DNA from: Octopus sinensis
Lineage: Eukaryota
DNA length: 35,676 nucleotides
NCBI RefSeq assembly: GCF_006345805.1
Contig: NW_021828057.1
Location: forward strand, 1 to 35,676
Direction: 5' to 3'
Shown: positions 1 through 12,323 of the stretch, in pieces
Numbering within the stretch: the first letter of the stretch is position 1
Layout: every line of letters starts with the position of its first letter
Program-made: the position numbers and the translations under genes
Notes under the pieces: generated by a model
Databases searched by the model: none
Told to the model about the DNA's origin: nothing
What the model saw: the letters and a program-made list of their open reading frames with translations, nothing else

Positions 1-414
1 GGATACTAATATTGAACTGAGACGTATACGAATAGAAGGTTCTTGCTTCATAAACTGAGTTACCTTCTCCTGATTAACGGTTAATTTTCAGAGGATGATA
101 ATTCAACAGACAGCAGTAATCGAAAGAAAATTTTGATGGCCAATGATTTTGATTTGCTGTATGATAAAAGCAGAATAATTTGTATTGCCTTCAAAATCAA
201 CACATCAATACAAATTCACACACGATGTAGAAGTCTGCATGACATTAAAAAATTAAGTTTATGCCCTAAGATATGCATTAGCCAGTCGGTCCTTATGCAC
301 TTAGAGACACACGTAGACGCCCACGTATTTCAATATTCTAATATTCTGTAGGAATTGTGCAAATGTTTTTTGAATTATATGATCATAATAACAAAAGGGG
401 AAGATGTACAGAAT

Positions 415-641
415 TATTTTATTTGTTTCAGTCATTTGTCTGCGGTCATGCTGGAGGACCACCTTTATTCGAACAAATCGACTTCATGACTTATTCGTTG
501 CAAGCTTAGTACTTGTTCTATTGGTTCGCTTTTCTCGAACCGGTAAGTTACAGGGATGTAAACAAACCAGTGTCGGTTGTCGAGCGATGGTGAGAGAACA
601 AATACAGACACATGCAAACACACACACTCACACACACAAAC

Positions 642-682
<41 letters not shown>

Positions 683-877
683 TATATATATATATAATAT
701 ATATATATATATACATATATACATATATACGAGGGCTTCTTTCTACCAAATCCACTCACAGGGCTATGGTCGCCCCGAGGCTTTAGTAGAAGGTGTTTGC
801 CCGAGCTACCACGCAGTGAGACTGGACCCGGAACCATGAGGTTGGTAAGCCAGCTACTTACCACACAGCCACTCCCA
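415..877 (-). mobile_element. SINE family A, near full length, internal (TA)n
   Basis: Reverse complement of the element at 14278-14691 and 32607-33069: tRNA-like head, 5' body, internal microsatellite about 645-730, 3' body ending in an A-rich tail. Confidence 0.9.
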
Positions 878-1097
878 TATATAATAGGATTGCGTTTGTG
901 CGTATACGCCTCACCCAGATATATGTGTATATCTAGGGCTAGGTTTTTATAGTTATATGTGTATTAATACATGATGTATGTATTTTTGCCACGACAGAAT
1001 ATTATCGCATGCAGCGTTGACAGAGCTGATTGGCTAATTACTTAACATCCTAATGACCATAATAACCTTACAGTTTTTGATCTCTTATAAGTGCACG

Positions 1098-1400
1098 TGT
1101 TTGTATGTGTATATGTATGTGTGTGTATGTATGTATGTATATATATATATATATTTGAGTGTGTGTATATTTATATATATATATATGTGTGTGTGTGTTT
1201 GTGCGTGTGTGTGTGTGTTCGTGTGCATGTGGGTGTATTCACACACCATACATATACATATAGAGAGAGCTGTTCTTGTGTACAATTCCACATATATATG
1301 AATGCATAGGTGGATACACATACACAGTCACACACACACACATACAAACACACACACAAACACACAAGCACACGTACATGCACTCGCAAATGCATTCACA
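1098..1400. repeat. Compound (TG)n/(TA)n/(CA)n microsatellite
   Basis: Direct dinucleotide and tetranucleotide periodicity. Confidence 0.9.
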
Positions 1401-1775
1401 TATACATACAATGAAATATGTATGTGTTTATATATAAATGTTGAGCTATAGTGTGTGTATATATACTTGAGAATCGTGCGTAAACATGACTATAATTTTC
1501 AATACGCTAACCTCAACATAATCCACTTGGAATTCCGGAATATAAGCTTAGCGATTTCTTTTGTTGAACACTATCATGCTTATTCTTCAACCTAGAATTC
1601 TGATACTTATAAGTAAACAATGGCAGGAGATATTCAGATGTGTGGCAAGGCAATTAAAAAGCTCACTCTGATCACAGATTTTTATTTTGGCTCAGAATGT
1701 ACTATTGCGGTTTAATTTGAGTCAAACACAGAGAGAGAGGGGGAGAGGGAGAGAGAGAGAGAGAAATTGTGTGTA

Positions 1776-1813
<38 letters not shown>

Positions 1814-1959
1814 CTCGTGCGTGTACACATTTTCTGGCTCTTGAAGTTAATATATATTTGTTAGTGCTATATAAATTTGTTACTTGCCTTTCCGTATTGT
1901 CAGTTCTATCACCTGATGGCTTCAACTATATTACCATATTAAAGAGATCCAGTTTTATG

Positions 1960-2314
1960 CATCTATGTATGTGCATATCTATATATGTGTGTGTGTGTAT
2001 GTATATATAAGTATAAATATATGTATAAGTTTATACATATATATATATATGTATGCATACTTATACAGATATATATGTATATGTATGTATGTATGTATGT
2101 GTATGTGTGTGTGTATGTATGCATGTATGTATTATATATATATATATAATATATATATGTATCTATATATAAAATTGCACCGTGGATTCTAACCGTGAAC
2201 CTAACGGTTTGTGTGTTCTAAATGGCTTATAAACACATCCACACTGCAATTGTTTTCGCTGCACCACAAGATCTCACTCAGGTCACTTTCTATGCAAGTA
2301 CCTCTCCGTAATAT

Positions 2315-2346
<32 letters not shown>

Positions 2347-2418
2347 ATATATATATGCACAAGTATGTATATATGTTAGTGCATACATATATAAATTTAC
2401 ATACATATACATATATAG

Positions 2419-2461
<43 letters not shown>

Positions 2462-2533
2462 ATATATGTATACATACATACATATACATATAGATACATA
2501 TATATATATATACACACATATATATATATATAT
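1960..2533. repeat. Two (TA)n/(TATG)n microsatellite tracts (about 1960-2170 and 2313-2533)
   Basis: Direct periodicity, separated by about 140 bp of unique sequence. Confidence 0.9.
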
Positions 2534-2751
2534 TCTTGAAAAACAGAATATTAAATTCAGGCCACGAAAGAGATAAGGGATATTCCTGAGGCCGAGGAAT
2601 TTAAACTTACGAAGGCAATATTTAAATATCGCCTGAGGAAACACAACTAGGTCTCATAATGCAGGGAAAGAGTTGCGTAATCAAGTCCCCGCACTCCTGG
2701 ACAAATATGCAAAGTGGAAAAAATTGCAGTGATTTAGAAATAGATGTGCAA

Positions 2752-3085
2752 AGCTTGCTAATCAATCACATGGTTCCGGGTTCAGTCCTACTGCGTGGCA
2801 TCTTGGGCAAGTGTCTTCTGCTATAGCCTCGGGCCGACCAATGCCTTGTGAGTGGATTTGGTAGACGGAAATTGAATGAAGCCCGTCGTATATATGTATA
2901 TATAAATGTGTGTGTATGTGTTTGTGTCTGTGTTTGTCCCCCTAGCATTGTTTGACAACCGATGCTGGTGTGTTTACGTCCCCGTCACTTAGCGGTTCGG
3001 CAAAAGAGACCGATAGAATAAGTACTGGTGGTGCTCCAGCATGGCCGCAGTCAAATGACTGAAACAAGTAAAAGAATAAAAGAGA
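2752..3085 (+). mobile_element. SINE family A, 5'-truncated, internal deletion in 3' half
   Basis: Contains cacatggttccgggttcagtcc...gaagcccgtcg and ccagcatggccgcagtcaaatgactgaaacaagtaaaaga; lacks the cttacaaagaataagtcc..taaag segment present in other copies. Confidence 0.9.
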
Positions 3086-3292
3086 GTAAACCTACAGCTG
3101 CTTAATTACTCTAATTTTATTCAGTTACATACACATACTCAACAGATGCGCAAACCTAGAAGTATATATATATTTTTTATTATTGGACTGCACTGGATAA
3201 ATCTGAAGGTAGTTGGCTTTATACTATAAACCCTATCCCGTTCATTATCGAATCTACTATAACTGTGTGTATGTATTTATGTATATATATAT

Positions 3293-3325
<33 letters not shown>

Positions 3326-3431
3326 CACATCATACAGAGTAAATCGTTTTCAAGCGTAAATGCGTATTTATTGAAAATAAAACCTACTGTAACATGCGCA
3401 CCTGCATATAATCAAGCAGTTATAAAATTAA

Positions 3432-3709
3432 TACACATACACACACACACACACATACAAACACACACACACACACAATCCACAAACACACAAACACACG
3501 TATACACACCCCCATACACAATCATACATAGACACACACACACACACGTATCATCAGGTAAAAGGAGAAAACGACCTCGCCATTTACTTAATTAAACGAG
3601 ACAACAGTGAGAGAGAGAAAGGAGAAAAAATAAGAGTGAAAATAGTGTGTGAGAGAGAGCGAATGAAGGAAACCGAAGCAGTGAGTGAAAGAGAGAGTGA
3701 GGGATAAAT

Positions 3710-3749
<40 letters not shown>

Positions 3750-3750
3750 A
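3432..3750. repeat. (CA)n tract followed by GA-rich tract
   Basis: Direct periodicity. Confidence 0.85.
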
Positions 3751-3984
3751 AGAGATCTCCGTATCTAATGAACAATCTAAGCTGGCATAATTAGATTCTT
3801 AATCTCCGTTTTTAGCTTCTAATCAAATACCTCACTTCTTTGCCGTTCGACCAAAGGTAATTTTCCAAATTAGAATGACTCAACTCACCCTGATGAAACT
3901 GATCTCGAAACATATGCGTGAGCTTCTAGCATGTAGCAGGCACTGGCTTAAAAGTATATTCGCTGCAAACAGGTTTGTCCATAT

Positions 3985-4230
3985 ATACATAAACATACCT
4001 ACATACATATATATACACACACACATGCACACACATACACACACACACAGCACACCACACACACACATACGCACACACACACACCCACACACACACTATA
4101 TATATATAATATATATATATATATATACATACATATTTATATATATAATATATATATATATTTGTGGTGTGTGTGTGGTGTGTGTGTGTGTGCGGTGTGT
4201 GTGTGTGTGTTGTGTGTATGTATGTATAAA
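3985..4230. repeat. Compound (CA)n-(TA)n-(TG)n microsatellite
   Basis: Direct periodicity. Confidence 0.9.
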
Positions 4231-4245
4231 TATGTGTCTAAGTAT

Positions 4246-4482
4246 TCTTTTATTTTTTATAATTTTATTTGTTTCAGTCATTTACTGCGGACATGCTGGA
4301 GCACAGCCTTTATTCGATCAAATTGACCCCAGGACTTATTCTTTGTAAGCCTAGTACTTATTTATCGGTGTCTTATGCTAAACCGCTAAGTAAATGGAAG
4401 TAAACATACCAGCATCGATTGTCAAACGATGTTGGGGGAGAAACGCAGACACACAAACATATACATGCATATATGTATACAC

Positions 4483-4523
<41 letters not shown>

Positions 4524-4742
4524 TATATATATATATCATATATATATATATATATTATAATATATATATTATATATATTTCACGACAGGCTTCTTACAGT
4601 TTTCGTCTACCAAATCTACTCACACGGCTTTGGTCGGCACGAGGCTATAGTAGCGAACACTTGCCCACTGTGCCACACTGTGGGACTGAATCCGGAACCA
4701 TATGGTTGGTAAGGAAGCTACTTAGCACAGAGCCACTCGTGC
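4246..4742 (-). mobile_element. SINE family A, near full length, internal (TA)n
   Basis: Same reverse-complement body as 415-877; head ends gcacagagccactcgtgc. Confidence 0.9.
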
Positions 4743-5399
4743 GTTTATACATATGTTTTTATTGATATATATCTGCATATGTATGTTTTGTGTATATGTG
4801 TATGTGTATATAGCATGCACATAAACACACACACATACATTTTTATGCTTCATAGCTTATAGCAGGTACAGTAATATATTGTTGTTTGTTACATTTTATC
4901 GGCAGAAATATATACAGGTTACTCAAATTTTCAGTGCTTCTTACTTGGAACTTATCGTACCAAGGACGAAACTTTCAGCATTTCATTCACGTCTTTCAAT
5001 ATTCCGTCGATGATACATAATAAATAATATTTCTGCTCATGTATTCTCATCGATTTGTCTTGGTCGTTTTACTAAGTAAACCTTGCGCGTTTGGGCATAT
5101 GTATTTCGACATATATGTATGTAAATGTTAGTATGGATATTACACAGCTCTTCACGACCTTTACATGAAGGTTGCCCTGGTTCTGTTATTGTTGATGTTG
5201 GTGGTATTAATGTAATTTTAACTCCTATGTTTATGCTTACGTCCCCCGAAACATGACAATTTAATTGGTTGATTCAAACATACATCGGTTGCCAAGCGAA
5301 GATCTCTTTTCCGCCACACGGTGCACCTGTACGGGTAATGTCTATTTCATGGACGGAGTCAGCTTGTGTGAGCACAAATATTTGATCACCATTAACAAA

Positions 5400-5410
5400 T
5401 ATATATATGA

Positions 5411-5508
<98 letters not shown>

Positions 5509-5540
5509 TTATGTATGTATATATTTATTATATATATATT
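5400..5540. repeat. (TA)n microsatellite
   Basis: Direct periodicity. Confidence 0.95.
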
Positions 5541-5820
5541 TGTGTAGGACGAAATGGAGCTGAACGAAGATTTAACAAAATTCCTTTTTATTATTTTCTA
5601 CATATGTTTCAAAGGCTGCAAACCTCCATTTCTTCCTACACTAAAATATAAACTTCAAATTTCCGCATTAAGGCACGTTTGAGACCCCATGGTCGTAACC
5701 TCAAGCGTGATTTTTCTGTTGGGATTTTGCTACCCAGGTATCGGTTTCTTTTGAATAATCCTAACAAGATAATTCATTTATCCATTTCAATAATTATATA
5801 TATAATATATATATATAATA

Positions 5821-5853
<33 letters not shown>

Positions 5854-6004
5854 TCAACCTAATATATACGTTTTATTGATTATTTTATACATTAATTAAT
5901 CATCAGGATATTTTTATCTTATATTAATATTTCTAGTATATGTAATTTTCTGGATGGTGTAATTTAATGTTTCATTTTGAATTGATGAAAGGTGTGTTAT
6001 TCTA

Positions 6005-6040
<36 letters not shown>

Positions 6041-6112
6041 CATTTTGTGAAATTTGATTTAGTATTTTTAAATTGAATTTTTCCCTGTAAGTTTGGAATA
6101 ATATTCCCTCAA

Positions 6113-6136
6113 ATTATTATTATAATTATAATTATA

Positions 6137-6189
<53 letters not shown>

Positions 6190-6230
6190 TATTATTATTA
6201 TTATTATATATGTGTGTGTGTGTGTGTGTA
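6113..6230. repeat. (ATT)n trinucleotide tract followed by (TG)n
   Basis: Direct periodicity; explains the poly-Ile ORF 6109..6327. Confidence 0.95.
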
Positions 6231-6719
6231 TATGTTTGTGTGAGAGAGAGTGAGAGGGAGAAAGGGAGAGAGAAAGGTAGTGTTCATAGGTCTGAATTCT
6301 ATAATTTTCCCATCTATTTAAGGGCAATGACGAACATTGGATCCACTCAAGGCACTGGAAATTGAAATTACCAAGAATCTCCCACCATGGATTCGAAGAG
6401 CCGGGATTTATGATTGCCCCAAACTTCTAGCCACACCTGCCATTATATATAACAGGCAAACAATCCTGCAATATATATGTTCTAACATAATTTCTATTAC
6501 TAACATATAACTCGAGGAGAAAGATATTAGGTGAAATATAGCAGCTACCTACAGTCACTACTGAGAATCATGCCATCATATATACATACTGATATGCTAC
6601 AAAGTATATGACGATATATACAGAATATAGAGAGCGAAATTTTATAAAGCATTTTATGAAGCATTTGGTAGCCTACTGACAACAACGCACAATATAATCA
6701 ACAAAGTAGCATTATATAG

Positions 6720-6758
<39 letters not shown>

Positions 6759-6761
<3 letters not shown>

Positions 6762-6964
6762 CGGAGTAAGCACATAAATGCGAAACAAGGTGGAAAGAAT
6801 AGCACTCGAATACCAGAGGTTGAGCAATATAATTTATTAAAAAGCAGCAGAAATATAACAAAAGCTGTTACTCAGAGTTTCACGTTCCCGTTCGTCGGAC
6901 GGACAACGGGAAAGAGAAACTCCGAGTAACAGTCTTCGTGATGTTTCTGCTGCTTTTTAATAAA
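6759..6964. mobile_element. Probable Penelope-like element end with inverted duplication
   Basis: Lies between (TG)n (6721-6758) and (TA)n; 60-bp inverted arms 6833-6892 and 6905-6964; hammerhead-like motifs in the arms. Confidence 0.5.
6865..6902 (-). ncRNA. Minimal hammerhead-like motif, variant core CCGACGA
   Basis: Minus strand reads CCGACGA-ACG GGAA CGT-GAA-ACTC T GAGT-A-ACAG: core, stem II, GAA, palindromic stem III and GUA triplet in the right order; U4 is C and stem I is disturbed. Confidence 0.45.
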
Positions 6965-7829
6965 GTATATATATATATATATTATGTATTTAATTATGAA
7001 GAAATAATTATCGTTAAGGACTATTGGAAATTACCAGCGCCAGTGCTAGAAATAGGTGTCAAATACCTATAATCCACTCTACAATTTGTTCTCTGTGTTC
7101 ACTCACAGGTACGAACGCGATGTAATGAGCAAGACAATTCAAAAATATCGGATAATCCTATACCTCAAGATTTCACGCCCTGCAAAATTTTGCTTTTACG
7201 ATCTTCAGTAGAATAAACCATTATTATATAAACGAGAAATATACACTCATGAAACACTTAAGACTATCAGATATTTCACTGATATACAGTTGCTTCTATT
7301 TCATTTCAATATTTTGTAATCTCAACTTTTATTCATATTATAATGTCGTGACCACCTCTGATTCGAAAGTGTCAGTTATCTAGAAATGGCTTGGCACCAA
7401 AGCTACCAGAAAAAAGAAACTGTATCCTGCTTGTGTAACTTACACTATCAGATTACCTATTCAAAACAACTTTTTAAGACATGGTAACAACATACTAAGA
7501 TATGATGCATCCTATCGCTATTATATAAAATCATTTGTTATGTATCCTTTGGAGAAACTGTCTCACTTCGTGCTACTCAGAGTTACGGGGAAATATATCA
7601 CTGAATATTTGTTAAAATGAATGAATATTAGAAGTTGTACAAACTAGATACGGTGAATTTTCTGAAATTTGTACTATTCAAATTATTAGTTGTCACAAAT
7701 TATTTTGAAAATGTTGAAAAGAAAATGCCTATGAACATACGTAGTGAACTGTAGACCAGTGAGGGAGATAGCCAGTGCGATTGCCATAAAGTACATCAAA
7801 AATCAATAATGAATTATCTTTGTGCATAC

Positions 7830-8098
7830 GTATATATAATATACATACATATATATAGATATATATATATGTGTATGTATGTATGTATATTTGTAAGAAT
7901 GTATATATATATGTATGTATATTTGTGTGAATTTATAAATATGTATATGTATATATATATGTGTGGGTGCGTATGTGTATAAACATAAATTCATATGTAC
8001 ATATGTGTGTAGATATTTCAAGGGAGAATGGAAAAGAGATAGAGACAGAATCAAACACAGGGAACATATATGATATATATATATATATATTATGTATG

Positions 8099-8186
<88 letters not shown>
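7830..8186. repeat. (TA)n/(TATG)n microsatellite cluster
   Basis: Direct periodicity. Confidence 0.9.
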
Positions 8187-8189
<3 letters not shown>

Positions 8190-8524
8190 GATATACATAT
8201 AGAAAGATATATACTTGCTGTTAAATCTCTAATCTTCAAGCGTGCAATAAGTTAATAATCTTGGATGGGACCAGTGATACTAATTAATCACCAATGGAAA
8301 CCAAAATTAAAGCTAGTTTTGTCGTGATTGCTATTTCTAATCAAATATATTCCTAGGCATCTTCATCCGACGAAATAAGCGATCAGTGTAACCACATAAT
8401 GAACGTTGTTATATCTATAACTCATTATTTCATCTGCTACCAAAGTTGCAGGAGGAAATTGAACTAGAGAGTGACATCAAATATATATTTCAGTTAGAGA
8501 TATATTTATCAATAACATACTCCT

Positions 8525-8559
8525 TTATATATATATATATATATATACTGTATATATAT

Positions 8560-8608
<49 letters not shown>

Positions 8609-8697
8609 TATATATATATATATATGTGTATGTATATATATGTATATATATATGGCTTAAACAATTTATGTATAATATATATATACACATATATATG

Positions 8698-8728
<31 letters not shown>

Positions 8729-8870
8729 TATATATGTATACATATATATATATATATGTATATATATATAAGTATATATATATATATATATATGTATACA
8801 TATATATACATATATATAATTATATATGTGTGTATATATTATATATCATATATATGTGTATATATATATT
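8525..8870. repeat. Long interrupted (TA)n microsatellite
   Basis: Direct periodicity; contains the inverted repeat described in findings. Confidence 0.9.
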
Positions 8871-8880
8871 ATACATAAAT

Positions 8881-9049
8881 TGTTTAAGCCACCGAAGCCG
8901 TCGCTGGATACCATCCGGCGATTGCTCAGCTGACTGAATCTTCGAAGAACCTCTCGATTATGTTCTTGTTGAAGAATAATAAACTTGCACTCTACACTTA
9001 CTGCTAAAACATCGAGCTGTGGGTACTAGTCCCACGCGCACGGCCAACA
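8881..9049 (+). mobile_element. Possible solo-LTR or LTR 3' fragment
   Basis: GC-richer island starting TGT and ending CCAACA, with aataataaac about 75 nt upstream of the end; no TSD found, no internal ORF. Confidence 0.25.
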
Positions 9050-9260
9050 ATATTTATTCCGTCGAGACTTTTTATATGCACCAATATTAGACTATGTACC
9101 TTAAGCAATGCACGGTGTTTACTTATAAGTTTTAGACTTACAAAATAGCCTTATTATTATTTACAAATTTGGAAAATCGTAAACGCTTACCCAAAGAAAT
9201 TTCATCGCAGATAACGTGCATTTTTTTTTTAATAAAATAACACTATGTAATTTAAATATA

Positions 9261-9754
9261 CCGTAAATCCTCGTGTATAATGCGCATTTTTTCTCCAAAA
9301 TCTAATGGTCAAAATCCGTAGTGTGTACTATATTCGAGGTAAAAATGAAATATATTTTTCTAAGCAATGTCCGAGTTTCTATTTGCTGTCCGGCAATATT
9401 TATTCAGACGCATTTGGTGATGTCAGGCGCGAAAATATCTTAAGCTAAGCCTGAAAGCAATGAAGTTATAAAAGAATCATCCATAACTTGCAGTAAGCAA
9501 CATATATTAAAATTAAAGTATTCAGAACACAGAATAACATGTAACAAAAACAATTTGCAAACATATTTACATTCCCATTATTGTATTACGCATGCGTGGG
9601 AGTGTTTGCTAGACTAGGTGCTGCTGGCTTAATTACGCACGCCTCAAGTTAGTGAACTGGTGCGTATTATAGATTTAGGTTTTTCAGAGGTACAGCCACC
9701 TAAAATTCCCCTGCGTATTATACTCAAGGGCGGGCTATACCCGAGGATTTACGG
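9261..9754. mobile_element. MITE, Tc1/mariner superfamily (pogo/Tigger-like), 494 bp
   Basis: TIR ccgtaaatcctcg(t/g)gtata matches 18/19; TA on both sides (9259-9260, 9755-9756); subterminal motif repeats; no ORF. Confidence 0.85.
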
Positions 9755-10617
9755 TATATAACCATCATTTCTATGGTTTACATCTGAAATTCGGTCAGCG
9801 TTCAATATACACATGTTTGGCTCACTGAGAACTGCAACATAATCTGTATTTGTGTACCTTCTTTTTCTCATATTTAACGTTTATTAAGTCAAAAAGTGTA
9901 ATCTGAAGATGATTTGCCATTCTTCCAAGCGAACAACTATAAATTTTCTAGTCGTCTCTCACGCTTAGTATTTATTTATTCCTGCGAATTGACTGGGTAT
10001 TAAATTCATGTAGCCTCTTATTTCTATCCAAACGAAAAAAATGAGCATTTAGTTCGCAGGCATCCTATAACCGTCTACATGATTCTTCCAAGATACCAAT
10101 ATTTAAAACAATGGTGGTAGTCAATATTGCCTGATAAGTTACGTTCCAAGGGTTTTTCAAAGTCCACAATATGGTTACAAGAAAGTAAGCGACAGGGGGT
10201 ACTCTATACTAGTTAGAAATACATTAAAGTGTCAAATAAATATATTGAATTGAAAAATTAGTCATTAATTAAGATTATTCAATAATTAGTATATAAATCC
10301 AACCTAGATTGCTTCTCAAATTTGTAAACAAGAAGCAAGTTAAGTAGCTTAATTCATAGAAGCTAATGGAAATATTTTAATGATACAGAATCTGTAGATA
10401 AGATTGTGCACATCTCGTCTGTATGCTCAACTTATGGAAGCGGTTCATGGACTTATTTCGGTCTTATTACGATCTTTTCAATATTTATTGAGACGAAATA
10501 AATGCAGTGATGTTGATTATAGATATTAGGAATAAAACAGATAATAGGAAACGTAGGGGAGTGTTGGGAACAATATATCTGCATACAGCAGTATGATATG
10601 AAAGTGTAACAGAGTAA

Positions 10618-11218
10618 TAGGGCGGCGAGCTGGCAGAAACGTTAGCACGCTGGGCGAAATGCTTAGCGGCATTACGTCTGCCGTTACGTTCTGAGTTCAA
10701 ATTCCGCCGAGGTCGACTTTGCCTTTCATCCTTTCGGAGTCGATTAAATAAGTACTAGTTACACACTGGGGTCGATATAATCCAATTAATCCGTTTTCTG
10801 TCCTTGTTTGTCCCTTCTGTGTTTAACCCCTTGTGGGTAGTAAAGAAATAGGTATATCGTCTGTCTTTAAGTTCTGAGTTCAAATTCCTCCGAGGTCGAC
10901 TTTGCCTTTCATCATTTCGGGATTGATTAAATAAGTACCAGTTACGCACTGGAGTCGATATAATCGACTTAATCTGTTTGTCTGTCCTTGTTTGTCCTCT
11001 CTGTGTTTAGCCCCTTCTGGGTAGTAAAGAAATAGGTATTTCGTCTGCGGCTTCCTTTCTGAGTTCGAATTACGCCGAGGTCGACTTTGCCTTTCATCCT
11101 TTCGGGGTCGATAAATTAAGTACCAGTTACACACTGGAGTCGACGTAATCGACTTTATCCCTCTGTCTGTCCTTATTTGTCCCCTCTATGTTTAGCCCCT
11201 TGTGGGCAATAAAGAAAT
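10618..11218 (+). mobile_element. SINE family B: one tRNA-like head plus three tandem body units of about 184 bp
   Basis: Head ggcggcgagctggcagaaacgttag (A-box-like); each unit has B-box-like gagttc(a/g)aatt; 16-bp TSD aagtgtaacagagtaa at 10602-10617 and 11219-11234. Confidence 0.92.
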
Positions 11219-12078
11219 AAGTGTAACAGAGTAAACCGAAAAAGAAAGCGAGTAATTGCGTTTCAGTGAATGCTTTACACAAGCAAAATTGTATTCTAAA
11301 TAATGTTTTCTTGTTGCTGTTGCTGTTGCTTATGTTTTTCTTATTTAAATCTGTATTCTTGTTGCGCAGATATATAATGAATGGGTTGTCATGTGCAAGT
11401 AGCCCAATAATTTCGTAGGAGATAAGGTTGTTTTTACTAAATTAACAAACATGGTTGTGGACATTGTTTAGTGACGAAGAAATTTGCTTCACTAATTTAC
11501 TATCATAATGATTTGACTGGACATCCTGCGCATCACGTTGACCTATTTTTTAAACCACACCCTCCTCTGAACTCAGGGTAGTTGCGTGAAATAGGCTCGT
11601 TTGAAATATTATTGGAAGCCCGTTAATTTGGATTGAAGCTACAATTAAATATCCAACTTTCTTAAATAGAGAACCACATTCATTCTACCAGTCTACCTTA
11701 AGTTTACACTAACACGATAATTTTCTGTACTTGTTGATGGCTCAACTAAAGGATGTGAAGATGTTTGATAGGCAATATAGTTCATGGAATTATACCTAAT
11801 TAAATATTGCTACATAATTCATCACCTTAAAAGAAAAATTAACACCAAAAGGATTTGAAATTCTAAGGGAATCGAACAAAACCGTAAAGAAATTAAGCAC
11901 AGTGCTCATCACTTTTCATTAGCCATGTGGTTATGCTAAAGCTCATTATGATTTATGGTACAAATTAGTATAGAATGTGTGTTCCACATTTTATGTATTC
12001 GAAGACCGTCTAATAATGTTGGAATGGATATGATTATAATTTCATTTTAATATAAAGTTTTATGCTTCTTGAAACAAA

Positions 12079-12323
12079 CAACAACAAACAAATGCGCTCT
12101 TTTAAAGCCTTGCCAGGCTCATGGGCTCGGTTTCCCGGTTTCAGTGGCGTATGTGTTCCCCAGCTGGACAGGAGGCCATTTTCGCCAGCTGAGTGGACTG
12201 GAGCAACGGGAAATGAAGTGTTTTACTCAAGAACACAACGCGTCGCCTCGTCCAGGAATCGAAACCACAATCTTACGATCATGATGCTGACATCCTAATC
12301 ACTAAGTCACGCACCTCCACCCC
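12079..12323 (-). mobile_element. SINE family C (tRNA head plus central domain gttgctccagtccactcagctg)
   Basis: Minus-strand head gtggaggtgcgtgacttagtgattagg..gtttcgattcc; probable 9-bp TSD tgaaacaaa at 12070-12078 and 12324-12332; homologous to 13836-14190. Confidence 0.8.

Noticed and set aside
64-351. ORF 133..351 (+), and a minus-strand segment 64-156 with good acceptor and donor signals
   Set aside because: The ORF has no recognisable domain or convincing donor; the minus-strand segment has stops in all three frames. A non-coding exon cannot be excluded without RNA data
2560-2750. Faint resemblance of LTKAIFKYRLRKHN to a GIY-YIG endonuclease segment
   Set aside because: Too short, needs stops and frameshifts, no YIG motif
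7109-7220. Strong acceptor-like site (ctctgtgttcactcacag) at 7108
   Set aside because: All frames close within about 35 codons, no donor or recognisable peptide; the same bases could be read as a donor
10670-11218. Regularly spaced repeats suggestive of a CRISPR array
   Set aside because: Whole 184-bp units repeat with no unique spacers, no cas genes, eukaryotic context
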